Assembly: GCA_951406725.2 (NCBI GenBank)
Contig: OX597820.1
Span: 83,080,001-83,144,000 of the forward strand
Direction of reading: 5' to 3'
DNA length: 64,000 bases
Source: Octopus vulgaris
Lineage: Eukaryota
A program made the position numbers and the translations under genes. The notes beneath the pieces are model-generated. The model was not told the origin of the DNA and searched no databases. It saw only the letters and a list, made by a program, of their open reading frames with translations. Of this stretch, positions 54,801 through 64,000 are shown one piece after another. Position 1 is the stretch's first letter, and each line of letters opens with the position of its first letter.

Positions 54801-55868
54801 AAATGGAAAGAGAAAAAAAAGCAAACAAAAGAATGGAAGGTACGCTCAAATACTCGGGAGAATTGGAAAGGAAATAAAGACACTTAATGACTTCTGGCTT
54901 ACATCTTTGTAGTATAGTGACAAAACTTTTTTATTCTTCTATTTTCTCTCTCCGCCTATACGTCTTAATCTATTCCTCTTAGTTTCTCTAATATTTAATG
55001 TAACGTGGCATGTCCTTATTTTACATGACTGAAGTACAACAGCTCATTAATATATGTACGAAACTTATTCGAATGAAGAATTACTCTCCAGGGGTTGATA
55101 TAAGTTTCAGAAGCAACAAATTTAAACTTAGAGAGACGACGAAGGGAACAGGATATGTTAAGAATTGTCGAGTTAAGGTGGTTTGGAAGTAAAATAGCAA
55201 TGCGAAAAATGCAATCAATGCAAGTACAAATGCTCTCGAAAGAATGAGAAATTTAAACATTAATGCAGTATTTTTGAACAAAGCAAATTTATATTCATAG
55301 CATGTTGTCCTTCTATAGCGATGTCTACTTCTCAAAACTCTGTAGGCTATTAGAAATAATTTACAGCATTGTGAAAATTCTAATTTCATAGTTAGTACGA
55401 TGCTGGCAATTATATGTTTATTAACATATCATCTGCGCAAGCAAAGCCCCTACATATTAATACTTCTCGTGGAAGCGCAGTTATATATACAATGTTGCTT
55501 AATTTATTCATATAAAGCATGATTTCGCCAGCTCAAATTCTATGAAACCAATCAGTACACTGTTAGTGTGCTGCTCTGGTACCAAGTTTACACATCTCTT
55601 TAATCACAGAAGACACGTAAATCTATTCAATGTATGATTACAATTTGAATGTAAAGAATTCCTTCATATGTATTCTCAACAGTCTTGTCAGCAAACTCTT
55701 CGATTTAGTGAGTCTAGAAATGTTAACTGCGTCTTAAAATATAGTCTAATTTTATGCAAAAGATTGTAAATATCTTCTAATTTTATGCCACCAATAACAG
55801 AATTATACAAGACATAACACAGTTATATAGATATTAGCTCACTCTTTTTCTCTTTCTCTCTCTCACAC

Positions 55869-55925
<57 letters not shown>

Positions 55926-58620
55926 ATATATATACACATGGCATCAATATTCGTTTATATGTTCAGTTACAATAAAACCAACTTTCCATTTATCTGATGG
56001 GTTACTCAATAGTTTTATAGAGTACAATTTTATCATTCCTATACAAGATGGCATTTTATAGTCACTTCGAAGTTTCGGTCATGTATATATACTAGAAGAA
56101 AACCGCCAAAAAAGTGATTTCTCCTTGCCCCTTGCTAATATTTTCCCATTTGATTCCCATTTCTAATAATTTCTATATTTCACATCTAATTATTTCTTTG
56201 TATAATGGTGCTCACTTGCTTACTAAATATTGCTTTCATTATTTTATTACAGTCATAATCTCACTTTATTAAACAAACATCACGGTAGTCCAACAACAGA
56301 GGGAGAAACAATTTGTCAAGTTTTACCTTCCCCTCAGAGCAACATAGAGATTTCAGTTCAGCAGCCCATCTGTAAGCTTTGCAGTGTGTGTTTGTGTGTG
56401 TGTGCGTGTGTGTCTGTGTCTGTGTGTGTGCGTGTGTGTCTGTGTCTGTGTGTGTGCGTGTGTGTGTATGTGTGTGTGTGTGTGAGAGAGAGAGAGAACA
56501 TTGCAAATAATACAGGAAAGAAACATGAAATGAAAAAATCGTATAAATAAAAGGGCATAACTACAGATGCATACGCCCCAGACTTTGTTGCCTCATAACA
56601 TCCAGATAAATGGATTCTTTCAGAGAAACTTTTCTACAAATACTGCTTAGATGTTATGGCTTCGGAGCATATAGAGATTTATGGGAAAGAATTTTTGTGA
56701 TGGGGTGATGAGAGGAGTTTCAGAAAATTCACACCATCTGACTGTTTTCCCTCATAACGTTCCGGAAGATGGGTATCTTTTAATGAAAATTTATACGAAT
56801 CCCTTTCAAACGACATAAATTTCGATTATAAATTTGTGGGGAAATTTTGTTCGGAGATTTTCTCCAGTTCTTTTTAAAACCACAGCCTTGGAAACAATGG
56901 GGTTAGGTGGAAAGCATCTTTGTATGAAAAAAGCTTTGAAAACTCTCTTTTTTACAAACTCCCCTCCTTCATCATTCTTTTGGCCAAAGTTTTTGCACTT
57001 CAAAGCCATGGGAATTTTTTTTTATATTTTCAGAAGAGAAAGTGATTAGAGGGCGATGTGGTTGTTGTTTCTACCACATCCAAAGAAATCATCCTTCTTT
57101 CTTTAACACTTTCACATGTTTGGATTTTTTTCAAAACTTTTTCACCATAAATATATTCATATGCTATTTGAATGAAAATTTGAGCAAATATGTATTTTTT
57201 GCTTCCCCACTCCCTGCCCCCGATTGTTTCTGCTTTGTAATTTAGATATTGGGTGAGCCTGAGAAGGTCATTGCTGGCATTTATCCACAGTGATTTAAAG
57301 CAATTACGGAGATGTACATGTATAGCAAATCACATGATCTGAAATTGTGTGCTGAAACAAAAAGTATTGCAGCGAGAAAGATTTTTGCAAACCACCCAAG
57401 AACACACAAATACTGTTAGTTTCACTTCGACATAAAAACTTCATTTGTGTCAAAATATTTTCGTCACTTTGAAACCGCACCCTGTTCACTGACAAAAGTG
57501 ATGCGGCACAAAGTTTTGTCAGTGAACAGCACACACACACACACACACACATTCATTACCTCTTATTTGTGTATCTATATACGCGCGGGGATGTATTTGT
57601 ATTGATGTGTGAGTGTGTATGTGTATCACTGTCAAAGTTGTGTTTGAAAATTGAGAATATTGTGCAAGTTGCGAGTACTTTTCGGAAATTTTTGCTTTTT
57701 TCTCCTCGTCTTCTAATAGTAATTACCCAGCTCTCTAGGCTCTTCTCACAGCTATCCCGTGTCCAAAAATTATACGGGTAGTTTAAAAAATGTCATTTAA
57801 TAAATGTGTTTACATTACGTATGCACTAATAGCTAATTAAAACTAAAAAGAGAAAGTGAATGACTTTGGAAATTAAAATGGAATACTCTGCAGTGAATGC
57901 AATAAATATTAAAATTTTTGGTGAATTGGACGTAGTGAATATTTAAATTTGCGAGAAATTGGTGTTAAAAAAGTTAATAAACTTCAGAAATCGAAATTAT
58001 AGGTAACTTCTTAGAACATCAAACTGGAGGAATGCCTATTCATATTCAAAGGCTTACTGCTTCAAGGCAATAGTACATTAGCTATATATTATATCTTAGA
58101 TAGTTTTCTAACCTCTAACTCCTATATACTTATATATTTTTACATATACATACACACACACACACGCGCGCGCACATATATATATTCCAGTGCAAGAGGA
58201 TAAAGCGAAACGAATTTTAGTCATATTTTTCTGAGGCATTTTTGCTCAAAATGAAATATATGAGATTCACGCCAGTTTTGAAACCTGTATCTATATTCAC
58301 TACTTCTTGACAACTTACATGAAACCAACCGTGACAATTTTCATTGAGAAGCGGGCATCTTACAAAGTATGGCTATGCATTAATATAGAACTACAGAGGT
58401 GAAATCTTTTGACAGTTTCTTGTAAATAGGCAGAAATCAGAAAAGCACTTAAGCAGAAGTGTAGGATCGCTTGCTTTACTCTTAGGAGTTAGGATACTTT
58501 CTTGAAGAAAATCACAATTAGTTATTCTATAGAATTATTGTATCGGAATACTTCATGACTCTGATGAGTAAAGAGAACTGGAGAAAGGAGAGAGGGCAAG
58601 AGCATAAAAGAAGAATATAA

Positions 58621-58681
<61 letters not shown>

Positions 58682-59751
58682 TTGTGTATATAAATATTTG
58701 CATATATACACACGCGCATATATATGCGTGTCTGTGTGCCTGTGTGAGCGCGCACACACACACACATATATATATTGAGAGAGAGAAGGGAGAGAGAGAA
58801 ATAAAGATAAAGATACAGAGAGAAACATAGAGAAGAAGACATGGACATTGCATATAACAGAATAAATATATAAGTGAAGACTTTAAAAGCTGAATGATAT
58901 TATTCTCAACAAATGTACATATACAACTCCATCTACACTAATATCGAAAGATGTCAATCATTGAAGCATATATCCATTAAGTGAGTATAATAAATATTCA
59001 GCACAGAAATATTTAGATATTTGGAACCGTGAGCGTTTCTCAGGAAATTTGGTGCTATTTGACCATAATATAATATCCAGAATCATTGTAAAATATTGGA
59101 AATTCACAATAATTCGAAAAGAAAATTACTTAAATAATTTACATAGTAAAAGACAAAAACAAACAAATTAATATTGACCTCAAAATATTGTAACAATACC
59201 AAATATATTTTAGAGCACTACGACAATCGTTTCAACGAGACATAGTACGTCACTAGTATATTGTTTTTCGAACAGGATTTCAAAATGGAGGGGAAAAGTT
59301 TCTAGAGTATAACGTATACTCTCCATCGCTATAAGGTAATTAATTTGAAAACAAATCGCAATGTGTAGGCAATTTTAACGTGTTAATCAACAATTAGAAT
59401 TCTATTAATTGAATACTGAAAAAAATCTCATAGAAAGAAAAAATGACGTTGAAATTGTTATTGTGTCCTCTGCAGACATGATGTCATTGGTTCTTAAAAC
59501 AACAATATCATAGAAAAAGACCGAAATATATTTTATTCTTGGAAAGATATCAGATATGGTGGAACGGAAGCAAGTTAACAACGATGTAGATAGTGAACGT
59601 AAGAAGATGCTGCTGCGTTAGGAGTTCAAAAGCAAATATTAAAGCCATTGTTTCACGAACACACTAAAAAATATTGTTTCAATCAAAGGAAACTATATAA
59701 AATGCATTATTGCAAATTACGGAAATAATATACATATTACTTTTTAATTTA

Positions 59752-59803
<52 letters not shown>

Positions 59804-60004
59804 CATATCTATATATACATACATATATATATATGTATATATATATATACATATATATATATATGTATATATATATATACATATATATATATGTATGTAT
59901 AGTAGTCGTTCATTTTAACCCATTAATGTATGTTAGTTTGTTATAACAAACTAATAATTACATACATACATGCATGCGCATACATATACATACATGCACA
60001 CACG

Positions 60005-60075
<71 letters not shown>

Positions 60076-60116
60076 CAATAAATGGTGGGGTTGTGTCGAC
60101 TGCACGTGGAGATATG

Positions 60117-60354
60117 ATAGAAGAGGAAACATTATAAAAAGGCAGAATGAAGGTAAATTTTAATAAAAATGGGTGTATGGAAAATTTAAAAAATAATAAT
60201 TCTAACCGGTTTTCATGAAAAAAAAATTTTCAAAATTTGCTTTGCGTTGAAAACCGATAGAGTTATTATTTTTTTAAATTTTCCATACACCCATTTTTAT
60301 TAAAATTTACCTTCAATTTAGCATTCTGCCTTTTTATAATTTTTCCTCTCCTAT
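60117..60354. repeat. Fold-back element, ~100 bp arms, flanked by (TA)n, with UUGAAAA-type hammerhead remnant
   Basis: Arms 60117-60215 / 60248-60354; minus strand aaatt-TTGAAAA-tttttttttcat-GAA-aaccggtt-A-gaatt. Confidence 0.85.
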
Positions 60355-60370
60355 ATATATATATATAGAT

Positions 60371-61082
60371 GTAAATTAATTTATGATTAGGTAGGGTATA
60401 TAATGCCACTTATTAAAATCAGAGCCAATGCTTCAAAAATCACCAGAAAATTACGATAAAGATGCACACGAGCAATGCAATGAACATTTGAAAAATAGGC
60501 TTACCCTTGCTTTGAATACAGAAATAAGTAATACATATTTCAATACCAATTGATTTCACGCGTTGCATGACAAACATGCTTTGCGATCCTCAGTTGAAAC
60601 AGCATTTAACATGGTTTTCTAGAATATTCACTAAGCCTATATTGTGCCTGTAAAGGGAAGAACTTTCTAGCTACCTTATTTTTATTGTAAATAATGGTAA
60701 TACTACTACCTTATTTAAATTTTCTTGTTTCCGATTGTTTATTTCAAGCGGAGCCGGATGTTTCAAGTTAGGAACGCACACGAGCTTACATAGGAGATCG
60801 CAAAGCATGTTTGTCATGCAAAGCGTAAAACCAATTGGTATTGAAGTATGTATTACTTATCTGTAGTCAAAGAAAGGGAAAGCATATTTTTGAAATGTTC
60901 ATTGCATTGCACGTGTATATCTTTGTCGTAATTCGTATGGTGGTTTTTGGAGCATTGAGATGATTTTAGCAAGTGGTATTATATACCATATCGAATTTTA
61001 AATTACTATACATTGTACCTGTAAAGGACTGAACTTGCTTGCAAGCACCTTATTATTAGTGTAAATAACGGTAATACTACCG
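60371..61082. mobile_element. Fold-back/partial-tandem element (inverted arms 60371-60588 / 60795-61007; direct repeat period 371 bp)
   Basis: Direct repeat 60641-60710 vs 61012-61082; catgacaaacatgctttgcgatc / gatcgcaaagcatgtttgtcatg. Confidence 0.88.
60538..60599 (-). ncRNA. Type I hammerhead ribozyme motif, canonical core
   Basis: tttcaa-CTGAGGA-tcgc.aaa.gcatg.tttgt.catgc.aac.gcgt-GAA-atcaattggt-A-ttgaaa; 6-bp helix I; helix III is ACCAATTGGT in the other arm. Confidence 0.82.
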
Positions 61083-61486
61083 TGTATATATTATATATAT
61101 ATGTTTGTGTGTATATACATGTAGATATATATGTATATATATGTATATATACACATACATGTTAGTTGGTCATTTTTGCCAAGTAATATATATTACTTTG
61201 TCATAACCAACTAAGTATGACCAACTGTAAAATCAGATGAAAAGTCTGAAGGTGTGCCAATCTCTGTAATATTTGTAATTGCTTTAAATTTACACCCATG
61301 ATAAAATTCATAATCCAGTGAAGCGAACCCGGAGTGACCATCAGTAGAATTTTAGTGGTATCGCCCATAATATGCGATCGTTGTTGATTATTACATGATG
61401 TTGTTAGACGAAACCTGCATTATACCTGAGAGCTATTACGAAGCCCGCCTGAATAATTTATCCCAATATATTCCTTATATACTCAC

Positions 61487-61523
<37 letters not shown>

Positions 61524-61529
61524 ACATCG

Positions 61530-62465
<936 letters not shown>

Positions 62466-62481
62466 TATATATATGTGTATA

Positions 62482-62530
<49 letters not shown>

Positions 62531-62560
62531 GTACGTCTGTGTTTGTGTGTGTGTGTGTGA

Positions 62561-62630
62561 AGGCGCGTGGCTTAATGATTAGGGTATTCAGTTCACGGTC
62601 GTATGGTTGTGAGTTCGATTCGAGGTGGTG
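62561..62630 (+). mobile_element. tRNA-like SINE head
   Basis: aggcgcgtggcttaatgattagggtattc...gagttcgattc. Confidence 0.65.
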
Positions 62631-62845
62631 CACATGCCATTGGTAGCATGTGCGGCGCAGGCAAATGGGTGGCATAGAAGATGTTTCACAATGGTGATAC
62701 GACCTCTAGAGATGATGATTAAATATATCGACGCTTTTTGCAGCATTGTATTTGGTATTATTGTACTTCTTTGTGCTGTTGAAATACACGTTACTGCTAT
62801 TTCTAATTTCTTTCTTTTGGCTCGCTTTCTTTGAAGTTGTATCTA

Positions 62846-62935
<90 letters not shown>

Positions 62936-63394
62936 CACACACATATATATATATATAGTAAAATGAGGATTTAGATAGATTCTAGTACTATAAAAGGTAT
63001 GCACCTGGTAGGGTTGCATAATCTCTGGTTTTTGCCTATGGTTGATGAGAGTCAAAATATCAGATAGGATATTTCGGTTCTATACACAGAGAAACCAAAT
63101 CTATGAGTATTTAGCACCTAAGGGGCTGCTCTCCCCACTCAAAAAGCCAAAATAAGACAAAACAAAAAACGCATTACATTGAATACTACGCTGTTGGTAC
63201 ACTGTAGGGTGTCCGACGAGTCGTAAGTTCCTTTGGTACATTATAATCAAATGAACAATAAGGTACGATGGAGTAAAGTCAGCTAACAATTCTCCATCAT
63301 ATGCTGTTATTCATTATATATATATGACCTCGTGAGTACCGTTGCCGAGTTTTTTTCCTCTGTCTTCCCTTCTCGGGATCTTTCCTTCTCCTAT

Positions 63395-63429
63395 GTTTCC
63401 GACGAAGAGCTCCGCTCGAAACGTCAAAC
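63395..63429 (+). ncRNA. Minimal type I hammerhead motif, CCGACGA (U4C) core, inside a ~210-bp repeat (63326-63536) flanked by (TA)n
   Basis: gttt-CCGACGA-a-gagc.tcc.gctc-GAA-acgt-C-aaac; all three helices pair perfectly. Confidence 0.8.
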
Positions 63430-63531
63430 TCTCCTTCTTCCCTTCTTTCCTGAGCGTCCAGTAATACTTTATTTGTTCCACGTTCTCGCGTTGTTGTTTT
63501 TTTTTGTTTTTTTGTGTTTTCTTGTTTGGAT

Positions 63532-63585
<54 letters not shown>

Positions 63586-64000
63586 TGTGTGTATGTGTGA
63601 ACGTGTGTTCGTACGTATATGAATATATAATACATACATGTATAAACAGACACACACACACGTATGACAAAAGAAAAATATTTATGTAATCTCCTCTATT
63701 AGTTTACAGCGACTTCTGCTATAAGATATTGCAAAAATATAGGTTACATTTTTACGTCTACAAAAAGGAATCTAAAGTAATGGATGCTTGAGCGATTTAC
63801 CACATAAATATGCTGACCATGTCACTGTTAAGATACGAAACTAAACTCAAACACAAAGCCAAGCGTGCGTCAATTAAAGAAAAGTTCTTCCATCTTGTGT
63901 TCCATCTTACTTATTGACCACAAGAGGTTGGTATAACTAAAACGATATGCAAATCACGTAATTTCGAGCGGTATTTTACTGTTTCCCTTCCCAACAGAAT

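Noticed and set aside
56090-57240. Possible non-autonomous Helitron/Helentron-like element
   Set aside because: Internal sequence is suggestive but the termini could not be defined
58558-58590. CTGATGA followed by GAAA
   Set aside because: No helix II or III pairing and no cleavage triplet
59218-59335. Minus-strand GAA-acgattgt-C and agagtata/tatactct hairpin as possible hammerhead debris
   Set aside because: No recognisable core at the right spacing; left uncounted
63050-63110. Minus-strand ggttt..agaacc-GAA-atatcctat-C-tga hammerhead-like 3' half
   Set aside because: Core unrecognisable; could be chance

Overview
AT-rich, microsatellite-saturated eukaryotic non-coding DNA with no supportable host protein-coding exon; nearly all ORFs in the supplied track are translations of (TA)n/(CA)n/(TCTA)n/(TTA)n runs. 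The tRNA-headed SINE families and overall repeat landscape look like an octopus (coleoid cephalopod) intron or intergenic region. That is an inference from pattern recognition, not a database result. Recognisable mobile DNA: two Tc1 copies (one with both TIRs and TA flanks), Tx1/L1-type and Dong/R4-type LINE remnants, an RTE-type 3' end with three C2H2 fingers, a Helitron RepHel fragment and a complete non-autonomous Helitron, Tigger/pogo-type MITEs, many SINEs and three Penelope GIY-YIG remnants. The main unexplained signal is about 15-20 type I hammerhead-ribozyme (HHR) motifs, intact or decayed, from roughly ten or more sequence-unrelated families. Most have a palindromic helix III. Several have variant cores (CCGANGA, UUGAAAA) or very long helix II insertions. 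Many sit in short ORF-less fold-back elements with a common design: an outward-facing inverted arm, in four cases plus a 320-370 bp partial tandem repeat, often embedded in (TA)n. These look like non-autonomous Penelope-pLTR/retrozyme-like elements. All structures were paired by eye and ribozyme activity is untested.
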